From assembly GCA_902774265.1 (NCBI GenBank), contig CACYHR010000007.1:6141-70140 (forward strand): a DNA stretch of 64,000 nucleotides. The letters are read 5' to 3'. The notes beneath the pieces are model-generated. The model saw only the letters and a program-made list of their open reading frames with translations. It did not search any database and was not told the DNA's origin. A program made the translations under genes and the position numbers. Positions 9,977-18,264 of the stretch are shown piece by piece (position 1 is the first letter of the stretch; each line of letters begins with the position of its first letter). The DNA is from an uncultured Eubacteriales bacterium. Lineage in GTDB: Bacteria; Bacillota; Clostridia; Peptostreptococcales; Anaerovoracaceae.

Positions 9977-11386
9977 TCATTCTCCGAGTCCTTCTCCTAT
10001 ATCCTCAATATTGATATCCGTCTTCCAGATATAATCTACTCCGTCGGATGTATTGCACAGCAGCAGCATATATCCGTCTTTATCGCAGACTGCACTTTCC
10101 ACTTCGCTGAGGTCACACGAAATCGAACCGAGATACTTTCCGTGTCTCATATCGTACAGATCAACATAGTTGATGCCGTGCTTATTGCTTCCGGAGAGGC
10201 AGCGCATCATTATTCCTGCATGTCCCCCGCAGTCCTGCGTATATGTATGTCCGTAATGGCTGACAACACCTGTGGACAGTACTCTCGAAAAATTGCCGTC
10301 TCCGCTGAATGATACCATTGACGTCCTTGAGCTGGTGTAGAATTTATTATCCTTACGGTCGTAAGCTATACCTGAACATCCTACAGGAAGTGTTATTACG
10401 CCGTAATTGCCGCTTTCGGGATTATAAGTGACGCATCTGCCTGACCATCCTTTTACACAGTAACACAATCCGGTCGAGTCACTGTAGCAGAATCCGTTCG
10501 GGTGACCGAGTGCAACACCCGGTACCGACACTGACTTTCCGTCGCCTTTAACATCAAATGTAACTATCCTCTGCGATCCTGACATGCCGTATGCGACTAT
10601 GTATTTATCCCCTGTATATCCGAAAGACTGCGGCACAACCGCGCTTCCTGCTCCACTTATACTTTTAACCACTTCACAGTTTTCACTGTTAACATGATAT
10701 ATGGTATAAGCTTTGGCTCCTCCCGAATTCACCGGAGTAGACTCTATAATCCGCAGTTTGACCTTTTTGCTTGCCGACACATAGTTCTTATCCTCTACAG
10801 CAGTCAGTTTTAAATTTACCGATCCGCCGCGTTTGATCACAACCTTGCCCGTATCCTTATCGATCTCTGCGATTTCCGGATCCTCGGATTCGATCTGTAC
10901 CGGAGTTTCCGCTTTTGCTGACAGTTTGAACGGTTTGCTGCAGCTGAGCTTCATTATCTCATCTCTTGCTTTTACTTTCTGCGTCCGTCGGGTCTCAAAT
11001 GACTTTCCTCCGGTGAGAAAGCCTTTGCGCTCATCGCTGTCAGGTCTGACCATGAACACATACCTGGTTCCTTCCTCCAGATCTTCTACATCAGCGCTGA
11101 CCCTTACAGTTTCTTTATTCTTCGCTTTCTTCGTACTCTCAGCAGCCTCTTCGGTCACTTCGTTGTTATCCAGCGCCAGTCTGGACCAGTCCTTGTACTG
11201 TCTGCCTTTTTGTTTATAGAACAGTACATATTTTTCAACATTTCGAACCTTGTTCCATTCAAGCGTTATGTGATCCGAACCGCGTTCCACTGCCTTGAGC
11301 GAGGTGGTCTCGAACAGGCCCGGACGGGACTGATAATCCCGGTATACCACAAAAGCGGTCAGAGCCAGCATATATACAAGCAGCAC
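9977..11386 (-). CDS. Membrane-anchored secreted protein with FN3-like, Ig-like (Big_2-like) and beta-propeller-like C-terminal domains
   Basis: FN3-like HITLEWNKVRNVEKYVLFYK...GTRYVFMVRP and Ig-like KLSAKAETPVQIESEDPEIAEIDKDTGKVVIKRGGSVNLKLTA. Paralog of 1..1295. The frame stays open upstream to 11479 and encodes a basic segment (RRKTFRQKRRTVRLG). The track start at 11386 is GTG. A CTG at 11455 sits 9 nt after GAGGAG, so the start is uncertain. Confidence 0.75.
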   Translation of the reverse strand: MLLVYMLALTAFVVYRDYQSRPGLFETTSLKAVERGSDHITLEWNKVRNVEKYVLFYKQKGRQYKDWSRLALDNNEVTEEAAESTKKAKNKETVRVSADVEDLEEGTRYVFMVRPDSDERKGFLTGGKSFETRRTQKVKARDEIMKLSCSKPFKLSAKAETPVQIESEDPEIAEIDKDTGKVVIKRGGSVNLKLTAVEDKNYVSASKKVKLRIIESTPVNSGGAKAYTIYHVNSENCEVVKSISGAGSAVVPQSFGYTGDKYIVAYGMSGSQRIVTFDVKGDGKSVSVPGVALGHPNGFCYSDSTGLCYCVKGWSGRCVTYNPESGNYGVITLPVGCSGIAYDRKDNKFYTSSRTSMVSFSGDGNFSRVLSTGVVSHYGHTYTQDCGGHAGIMMRCLSGSNKHGINYVDLYDMRHGKYLGSISCDLSEVESAVCDKDGYMLLLCNTSDGVDYIWKTDINIEDIGEGLGE

Positions 11387-11510
11387 CAGACCAAGTCTTA
11401 CGGTTCTTCTTTTTTGACGAAACGTCTTACGTCTCCATGGAACTATCAGTTTCAGTTTATCTATCTCCTCTAACGGGTTTTACCTGACAGGTTTCAGACC
11501 TTTGCGTTTC

Positions 11511-12638
11511 CTATCTGTAAAACTCTTTTATGCTGTCGCAGATATATTCCACATCATCAGCCTGCAGCCCGTAATACATAGGCAGTCTCAGCAGTCTCTC
11601 GAATGTATCAGTGGTATATCTGTCCTCTCCGTGGAATCTGCCGAATCTGGTGCCGGCAGGTGCACTGTGAAGCGGCACATAGTGGAATACCGCGAGTATA
11701 TCCTTCTCCCTGAGGAATGCCGCGAGTCTTGTTCTTTCCTCTATATCCTTTGTTTTGATGTAAAACATATGGGCGTTGTGTTCGCACTCTTCCGGAACTA
11801 CAGGGAGAACTAACTTTCCCGTGTCTGCCAGAGGCGAGAGCATCTCGTAGTACTGATCCCAGCATGCCTTACGGGCGTCATTTATCACATCGGCGTTCTC
11901 GAGCTGCGCCAGCAGATATGCTGCATTGAGCTCACTCGGAAGATATGATGAACCCATATCGACCCATGTATATTTATCTACCTGTCCGCGCAGGAACTTG
12001 CTCCTGTCGGTTCCCTTTTCTCTGATAATCTCAGCCCTGTCGGCTTTCTCACCATCGCGTATCAGCAGCGCGCCGCCTTCACCCATGCTGTAGTTCTTTG
12101 TCTCATGGAAGCTGTAGCATCCGTAATCACCGATGCTGCCGAGAGCTCTGCCTTTGTATGTGGACATCACGCCCTGTGCTGCGTCTTCAACTACCAGCAG
12201 ATTATGCCTCTTTGCTATATCCATTATGGTATCCATCTCGCAGCTTACACCGGCATAATGAACAGGCACTATGACCTTTGTCTTTTCTGTCACTGCATCC
12301 TCTATCAGTTTTTCATCGATATTCTGAGTATCCGGTCTGATGTCGACAAATACCAGGTTCGCTCCTCTCAGCACAAATGAGTTAGCTGTTGATACGAAGG
12401 TGTACGAAGGCAGTATGACCTCATCTCCCGGGCCGACCTCTGTCAGTATGGCTGCCATATCAAGAGCCGTGGAACATGCCGTCGTAAGCAGAGCCTTGTT
12501 AACTCCGGTCTTCTCTTCCATCCATGCATTGCATTTTTTGGTGAACTGTCCATCGCCGCAGATCTTGTGACTGTCGATAGCCTGCGATATATATTCTTTT
12601 TCCTCTCCTATATAAGGAGGTCTGTTGAAAGGTATCAT
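11511..12638 (-). CDS. wecE: dTDP-4-amino-4,6-dideoxygalactose (Fuc4N) transaminase, DegT/DnrJ/EryC1 family
   Basis: Colinear with E. coli WecE as I remember it: MIPFNRPPYIG, KICGDGQFTKKC, ILPSYTFVSTANSFVLRGA, VPVHYAGV, FHETKNY, REKGTDRS and DKYTWVDMGSSY. Confidence 0.9.
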   Translation of the reverse strand: MIPFNRPPYIGEEKEYISQAIDSHKICGDGQFTKKCNAWMEEKTGVNKALLTTACSTALDMAAILTEVGPGDEVILPSYTFVSTANSFVLRGANLVFVDIRPDTQNIDEKLIEDAVTEKTKVIVPVHYAGVSCEMDTIMDIAKRHNLLVVEDAAQGVMSTYKGRALGSIGDYGCYSFHETKNYSMGEGGALLIRDGEKADRAEIIREKGTDRSKFLRGQVDKYTWVDMGSSYLPSELNAAYLLAQLENADVINDARKACWDQYYEMLSPLADTGKLVLPVVPEECEHNAHMFYIKTKDIEERTRLAAFLREKDILAVFHYVPLHSAPAGTRFGRFHGEDRYTTDTFERLLRLPMYYGLQADDVEYICDSIKEFYR

Positions 12639-12745
12639 CTTATTCGTCTCCCTGATTTTTCTCTTCCCGTAGCTTTATTACAATTGATCCGTCTGATCCG
12701 TCTGATTTTCCGCCGGACGCGCGGCTCTTAGGTGTATGATTTACC

Positions 12746-13765
12746 TTATCTGTTTCCGTACATCTTTTCGTAGTACTGCTGATATTCGCCGCTTATGATA
12801 TTCTTCCACCACGGCTCGTTGTCCAGATACCACTGAATGGTCTCTTTGATCCCGTCCTCAAACTTAGTCTCAGGAAGCCATCCAAGTTCATCATGGATCT
12901 TAGTCGGATCTATCGCATATCTCTGATCGTGTCCCTTGCGGTCTGTAACATAGGTGATAAGGCTTTCCGGCTTGCCGAGTTCTCTGAGTATGATCTTTAC
13001 TACCTCTATATTTGCCTTCTCGTTATGTCCGCCTATGTTGTAGACTTCACCGATCCTGCCGTTTTCAAGAATCATGTCTATCGCTCTGCAGTGGTCTTCT
13101 ACATAGAGCCAGTCTCTGACATTGAGACCCTCACCGTATACAGGCAGAGGCTTATCCGCCCTTGCGTTTGCTATCATAAGAGGTATGAGCTTTTCCGGGA
13201 ACTGATAAGGTCCGTAATTGTTGGAGCATCTGCTGATAGTAACAGGCAGCCCGTATGTCCTGTGATATGCCATCGTGAGCAGATCCGCCGATGCTTTGCT
13301 TGCGGAATAAGGGCTGGACGCTGTCAGAGGCATTGTCTCTACAAAGAAAAGGTCCGGTCTGTCAAGAGGCAGATCACCGTAGACTTCGTCTGTTCCGACC
13401 TGGTGGAATCTGCTTATGCCGTATTTGATGCTCGCATCCATCAGGACCTGTGTTCCGAGTATATTGGTTCTGAGGAATATTCCCGGATCCTCGATCGATC
13501 TGTCTACATGTGATTCCGCTGCAAAATTAACAACTACGTCCGGATGTTCCTCTTCGAAGAGAGCCTCTACGGCTTCTCTGTTTGTAATATCAGCTTTTAC
13601 GAATCTGAAGTGCGGATTATCCATTACATGTGCAAGCGTCTCGAGATTGCCCGCATATGTAAGCGCATCCAGACCTATAATGTCATAGTCAGGATGTGCA
13701 TCCAGCATGTGAAAGACGAAATTACTTCCGATGAATCCGGCAGCTCCGGTCACAACGATTTTCAT
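12746..13765 (-). CDS. rfbB: dTDP-glucose 4,6-dehydratase
   Basis: Motifs MKIVVTGAAGFIGSNF, HQVGTDEVYG, SPYSASKASAD and RCSNNYGPYQFPEKLIP. Confidence 0.95.
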   Translation of the reverse strand: MKIVVTGAAGFIGSNFVFHMLDAHPDYDIIGLDALTYAGNLETLAHVMDNPHFRFVKADITNREAVEALFEEEHPDVVVNFAAESHVDRSIEDPGIFLRTNILGTQVLMDASIKYGISRFHQVGTDEVYGDLPLDRPDLFFVETMPLTASSPYSASKASADLLTMAYHRTYGLPVTISRCSNNYGPYQFPEKLIPLMIANARADKPLPVYGEGLNVRDWLYVEDHCRAIDMILENGRIGEVYNIGGHNEKANIEVVKIILRELGKPESLITYVTDRKGHDQRYAIDPTKIHDELGWLPETKFEDGIKETIQWYLDNEPWWKNIISGEYQQYYEKMYGNR

Positions 13766-13843
13766 ATCTATTTACCTCTTAAATATTATTTACTCTGAGT
13801 TTCATTGATTAATGATTTAAAGACAACTGCATATTCGGTTTAT

Positions 13844-13871
13844 TTTATATCAGCAGTGCATGTCTTTGCAA
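13844..13871 (-). promoter_or_regulatory. Candidate sigma-A promoter for the rfbB-wecE operon (TTGCAA-16 nt-TATAAA)
   Basis: On the minus strand, -35 is at 13871..13866 and -10 at 13849..13844, about 80 nt upstream of the rfbB ATG. It lies downstream of the terminator at 13995..14030. Confidence 0.5.
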
Positions 13872-13994
13872 GAATTCTGCTCCTCACTTCACCAGACCTT
13901 CATCAAAATAGTTACAATTCAGCATTCGGCCGGTTCCATTTTAAAGGATCCTGGCTCTTCACTAAAATGTAACTCAAAATATTCCTATTCTTCA

Positions 13995-14030
13995 TTAAAA
14001 AATGCCGCAGGAATGATATCCCTGCGGCTG
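13995..14030 (-). terminator. Rho-independent terminator after the lipoprotein gene
   Basis: The minus strand reads gccgcagg-gatatcatt-cctgcggc followed by atttttt. It begins 38 nt after the stop at 14066. Confidence 0.7.
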
Positions 14031-14065
14031 CCCGTTCATGAGCAGATTATTTTCACTTATGCTGA

Positions 14066-14599
14066 TTATTCAGCCGGGGTCAGTACTATAAGATCATCCG
14101 GAATATCATGATCACGCAGCATCATAACATCATTGTCGGCTATAAACATATCGCAATTGACAAGTTCACTGGAGAGAGTAATGCCTGTCCCGTTGTATTC
14201 CCACTCGCCTGAGAATTTTTCATCTGAAACGATACCATCCCATTTGCCGTTCTTTTTGATATTAAAACTAAGGCTTCCGTACAGATAGGCAGCTCTCTTG
14301 GAAGTGGCCTCCCACTTTCCGTAAAATTCCGATTCATCAGCAGTTTTTTCCTTAACCTCAGCACCTTCTATTTCATTATCATACAGAGGGTTTTCTATAT
14401 CGTCCTCCCCTGATAATTTATCATCAAGCTTTTCAGCCATATCTTTTTCGGCCTGTTCCGAAATATCCGTTTCCTCGGTCGTTTCAGTATCATTTGACTC
14501 TTCTTTATCCTTTGCATCGTTACCGGAACATGCGGCAAAGAAGAGTGTTAAGCAAATCATCAGCAGCATTATCAATGCTTTTTTTAATGAATTCTTCAT
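14066..14599 (-). CDS. Acidic lipoprotein of unknown function
   Basis: Signal peptide with lipobox (LTLFFAAC-SGN), an acidic linker and a small C-terminal domain. Confidence 0.7.
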   Translation of the reverse strand: MKNSLKKALIMLLMICLTLFFAACSGNDAKDKEESNDTETTEETDISEQAEKDMAEKLDDKLSGEDDIENPLYDNEIEGAEVKEKTADESEFYGKWEATSKRAAYLYGSLSFNIKKNGKWDGIVSDEKFSGEWEYNGTGITLSSELVNCDMFIADNDVMMLRDHDIPDDLIVLTPAE

Positions 14600-14669
14600 A
14601 TAAGATCTCCTTTCCTATGTTATTCTCCTAATTAGGTTGCTTATTTATCATACATCCACAGAATCTTCA

Positions 14670-14698
14670 TTGCAAGAAGACTGCGGCGATGATATAAT
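14670..14698 (+). promoter_or_regulatory. Near-consensus sigma-A promoter (TTGCAA-17 nt-TATAAT) for the G5-NlpC/P60 gene
   Basis: -35 at 14670..14675, a 17-nt spacer, and -10 at 14693..14698. Confidence 0.6.
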
Positions 14699-14770
14699 CT
14701 CTTTGAATTGGCTTAAAGTTGTAATTAAATCGTAATACTATCACATCACTTGGGAAAAAGGTGCTCAGAT

Positions 14771-15823
14771 ATGCAGAACGAGAATAAAGACGAGACTATA
14801 AACGAAACTGTAACAGAAAATACAAAGCCTGATAAAAAGAAAAAAAATACTCACAGGAAGGTCGTATCTATCGCCTTCAATCTTGCTGTATTGATGGTTG
14901 GAATAGCTATCATAGCAGCCAACATAGTTACACTTTATCCTTACGCTATCACAGCAAATGACGAAGTGATCTGCTATGTCGACTGCAAGGATGAAGGTGC
15001 AGCGGCGGTCAAAAAAGCTGTTCAGAAGATCACTGATAAAGACAGTGATATACTGGCTTTTTCGGTCGACGATGAATTCAGTGTCACTCGTGTCTTCGAA
15101 ATGACAAAGGACAAGATAGATCTTAAGTCATCCGATGATGCTGCAAAATGCATAGCAAAAGCTATCAAGAAAGATCCTGAAAAGTTCCCTAAGATCGAAG
15201 TCGCTTCCGAAAAAAAAGAGATCCGCACATTCACGCCTGATCCTGTATATGAACTGGATGAAAACGCTTTTGCCGGAACAACCGTTATCAAGGATGAGGG
15301 TAAGGACGGCAGAAAGGAAGTCACTGTAAGCACGGTTTCAGTAAACGGGGAGGTCATCAAGGAAGAAGATATCGAAGAAGTCACTCTTGATGAAGGCAGA
15401 AATGCTGTTATCGTCAAGGGTAAGCTTGGGCTTCCTGAAGGTGAAGACTGGAAGACATACGAAGGAGACCCTGTTTACAGAGACGGCGAAGAGCTTATCA
15501 AGACGGCTCAGTCATATGTCGGCAAAGTACAGTATGTACGAGGCGGTACAAGCCTTGTAACAGGTCTTGACTGCGTAGGTTTTGTAATCGCTGTGTACAG
15601 ACAGTACGGTGTAAAACTATCACCTCATCTCAGAAGAGAAGGTGTCGGCGTATCTTACAGCAATGCTCAGCCGGGAGATATTCTGTGTTTCAGCCATCAT
15701 TACGGAATCTATATCGGTAACGGCAAGATGGTGGACGCTGCGAACCCTCGTGAAGATGTACGTGTCGCAAAAGTCGGAGCAGGCGGACATCTTATAGGTG
15801 TACGAAGGATAATACCGAAATAG
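14771..15823 (+). CDS. Secreted G5-domain NlpC/P60 (C40) peptidoglycan endopeptidase
   Basis: G5-like TTVIKDEGKDGRKEVTVSTVSVNGEVIKEEDIEEVTLDEGRNAVIVKG. NlpC/P60 motifs GLDCVGFV and GDILCFSHHYGIYIG. I prefer the ATG at 14771 (AAGGTG 8 nt upstream) over the track TTG at 14750. Confidence 0.85.
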   Translation: MQNENKDETINETVTENTKPDKKKKNTHRKVVSIAFNLAVLMVGIAIIAANIVTLYPYAITANDEVICYVDCKDEGAAAVKKAVQKITDKDSDILAFSVDDEFSVTRVFEMTKDKIDLKSSDDAAKCIAKAIKKDPEKFPKIEVASEKKEIRTFTPDPVYELDENAFAGTTVIKDEGKDGRKEVTVSTVSVNGEVIKEEDIEEVTLDEGRNAVIVKGKLGLPEGEDWKTYEGDPVYRDGEELIKTAQSYVGKVQYVRGGTSLVTGLDCVGFVIAVYRQYGVKLSPHLRREGVGVSYSNAQPGDILCFSHHYGIYIGNGKMVDAANPREDVRVAKVGAGGHLIGVRRIIPK

Positions 15824-15846
15824 TAAATATTAAAAACTACAGAAAT

Positions 15847-15876
15847 AAAATGAGCCCGTTCGGGCTCATTATTTTT
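15847..15876 (+). terminator. Rho-independent terminator
   Basis: Stem tgagcc and its complement ggctca flank the loop cgttcg, followed by ttattttt. Confidence 0.7.
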
Positions 15877-15916
15877 GAAAAGACAGCAAGTTAATCATTA
15901 TCTGCGGGAGAAAACT

Positions 15917-16879
15917 ATGGATAGAAGCTTATATTCGATGATAGACAATCGTAAGGTCGCAGTTATAGGTTCAGGATATGTAGGTGCGTCTATAGCATAC
16001 GCGCTTACGATCAAGGATCTGGCCAGTGAGATCGTGCTTATAGATGTAAATACCGAAAGAGCCGCTGGAGAAGCGCGTGATATACAGCATGGCATCCCTT
16101 ATATGGGTACATCATCAGTGCGTGCCGGCACATACAGCGACTGCAGTGATTGTAATCTTATAATCATTACTGCCGGACGTGCCAGAAGACCCGGCGAAAC
16201 CAGACTTGATATGATTTCGGATAATATCGGTATCATGAAAAGTGTTATAAAGAGAGTAAAGGAATACTATACAAGAGGTGTCATACTTGTTGTTTCAAAC
16301 CCTGTAGATATCCTGACATATAAAGCTGCCGAATGGATGGATCTGCCAAACGGCAAAGTGTTCGGAACCGGATGCATACTGGACACATCCAGGCTTGTCA
16401 GAGCGATAGCAGATTACACGGATATTAATATAGAAGCGATAAAATGCAGTATAGTCGGCGAGCATGGAGATACGCAATTCCCATTATGGAGCCGGCTTGC
16501 CATTGCAGGAATCCCTATGGATGAATACTGCAGCAATGTCGGTCTGGAATGGGGAAAAAAGCAGAAACAGGCTCTTTATGATGAAGTTAAAAATATGGGT
16601 GCAAGCATTATCGGAGCAAAGGGACGTACTCACTACGGGATCGCGACATGTGTATGTTCGCTTGCGGATGCTGTACTCAACCAGAGACTTACCATAGCTC
16701 CTGTCTCCTCACCGATGCAGGGAGAATACGGCATCAGCGATGTTGCTATAAGCGTTCCCTCAATAGTCGGAGTCAGCGGGGTAGAGCGCAGGCTCGAAGA
16801 GCGGCTGACGAGAGGAGAGCTTCAGAATCTCAGACGCAGTGCAGCTAAAATGAGAGAAACTCTTGATAAACTTCATTAA
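15917..16879 (+). CDS. ldh: L-lactate dehydrogenase
   Basis: Motifs KVAVIGSGYVGAS, IVLIDVN, DIQHG, IITAGRARRPGETRLD, VSNPVD and VGEHGDTQFPLWS. ATG at 15917 with GGGAG upstream. The track start at 15875 lies in the preceding terminator. Confidence 0.9.
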   Translation: MDRSLYSMIDNRKVAVIGSGYVGASIAYALTIKDLASEIVLIDVNTERAAGEARDIQHGIPYMGTSSVRAGTYSDCSDCNLIIITAGRARRPGETRLDMISDNIGIMKSVIKRVKEYYTRGVILVVSNPVDILTYKAAEWMDLPNGKVFGTGCILDTSRLVRAIADYTDINIEAIKCSIVGEHGDTQFPLWSRLAIAGIPMDEYCSNVGLEWGKKQKQALYDEVKNMGASIIGAKGRTHYGIATCVCSLADAVLNQRLTIAPVSSPMQGEYGISDVAISVPSIVGVSGVERRLEERLTRGELQNLRRSAAKMRETLDKLH

Positions 16880-16918
16880 AAAAAGCCTCCCGGTCTTGAT
16901 TGACCGGGAGGTATTTTT
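16878..16918. terminator. Bidirectional Rho-independent terminator between the convergent ldh and L,D-transpeptidase genes
   Basis: aaaaaaa-g-cctcccggtc-ttgatt-gaccgggagg-tattttt. A 10-bp perfect stem flanked by an A-run and a T-run. Confidence 0.8.
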
Positions 16919-16972
16919 AATGTAATCAGCTTTCTGATCTGACTGTATATCCTTATATGAAATCAGTCAATA

Positions 16973-18172
16973 TCAGTAAATAAGGACTCTGCTTCCCATA
17001 GGAACTTCATCATAGATCCATTTCGCATTTTTGAGCGCATTTCTTACGCATCCGCCTGATCCCGGAACTCCGAGCTTCCAGCTGGTGCGTTTGCTGTGGA
17101 GAGCATTCAGGGATGAGAAGCATGACCACCACTGAAGACCATGTCTGCTGGAAATCTTCTGATGTAATGTCATTTTTCCGAATGATGTTCCTGTCGGTGT
17201 AGGTGTGCTTGCCTTACCAGTCGAGCAATCCCAGTGTTTATCACATTCCCATCCGTCTGATGTCTTTTTGAAGTGATAAGCATGCTGTGAATAGGTGCTT
17301 ACCCATACCATTTCCTTTGTGCCGCTCTTCAGACCGTAATCGTTCATGAATTCCGTTGCTTCCTTGCGGCTGTAGTCCTTTTTCTTTTCATACTCAACCT
17401 TAGGATTTGCGGCTCTGACTCTGTTCATACAGAATCCGCTTCCGTTATGCTCGAGTATATACTGTCCGCCGGCAAACTTGGTAGCCATAACCTTCTGTCC
17501 TGACTTAAGAGTCCAGCTCTGCTTTTTTCCCCAGTGTGAGTACAGAGTGCAGCCTGCCTTCAGAGTAAGAAGATAGCGTGCAGGTCTGACGCATCTTACC
17601 TTAGTGAGCTTGGCAGTATCTGATTTAAGTTCTGTCAGTCCGTCACTGCCGCTGCGCTTAACGGCTCTTACCTTTACTGTGTATGATTTATAGATGTCAG
17701 GTGTTTTGACAACAAAACTGGTCTTTTTTACTTTTTTCTCTGCTTTGCCGTTATTAGCTTTAACAAGGTAGTAATCTGCACCTTCCGAAGCCTTCCATGT
17801 GATTGTTGCTTTTTTATATCCAGGCTTGGATTTCAGTTTCGTCGGCTTTGCAGGCTTTACAGGCTCTTCAGCCAGCAGATTGCCCTCTTCCTGAACCGTA
17901 ATTCCGTCAGACCCGGCCTCTTCTTCGATAACTGCTGCATCAGTATCAACTACATCAGCGTTTTCAACGATGACACCATCGGAAGTATTCTCTGTAACTG
18001 CATTTTCCCCGCCTTCTGCAGGCTCTTCTGTCTGGATCTCTACCTGTGCTCCTTCTGCAGGTGCCACATTCTCATCAGCCGCAAATGAAGTAAAAATGCA
18101 GCTCGTCATTATCATGATAAGAATGAGCATGATAGATATTGTTTTTGTGTTTTTCTTCATACCTTTCTCCAA
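16973..18172 (-). CDS. Secreted L,D-transpeptidase (YkuD) domain protein with FN3-like module
   Basis: Signal peptide. FN3-like KKATITWKASEGADYYLVKANNG...YTVKVRAV. C-terminal YkuD-like LHS...PGSGGCVRN. Confidence 0.75.
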   Translation of the reverse strand: MEKGMKKNTKTISIMLILIMIMTSCIFTSFAADENVAPAEGAQVEIQTEEPAEGGENAVTENTSDGVIVENADVVDTDAAVIEEEAGSDGITVQEEGNLLAEEPVKPAKPTKLKSKPGYKKATITWKASEGADYYLVKANNGKAEKKVKKTSFVVKTPDIYKSYTVKVRAVKRSGSDGLTELKSDTAKLTKVRCVRPARYLLTLKAGCTLYSHWGKKQSWTLKSGQKVMATKFAGGQYILEHNGSGFCMNRVRAANPKVEYEKKKDYSRKEATEFMNDYGLKSGTKEMVWVSTYSQHAYHFKKTSDGWECDKHWDCSTGKASTPTPTGTSFGKMTLHQKISSRHGLQWWSCFSSLNALHSKRTSWKLGVPGSGGCVRNALKNAKWIYDEVPMGSRVLIY

Positions 18173-18264
18173 TCTCTGAATGAATAATTTTAATATATTA
18201 TACAGTATTTTTTAATCAATTGGGTGATTATTATAAATTATATATTCATCTATGTCCAGTATTT

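Noticed and set aside
12686-12706. Short direct repeats in intergenic gaps: gatccgtct twice at 12686..12703, and cagttcagtc twice at 47679..47700.
   Set aside because: At 9-10 bp and two copies each they are too short to tell apart from chance or slippage. The second is mentioned only as context in the Dlt-like finding.
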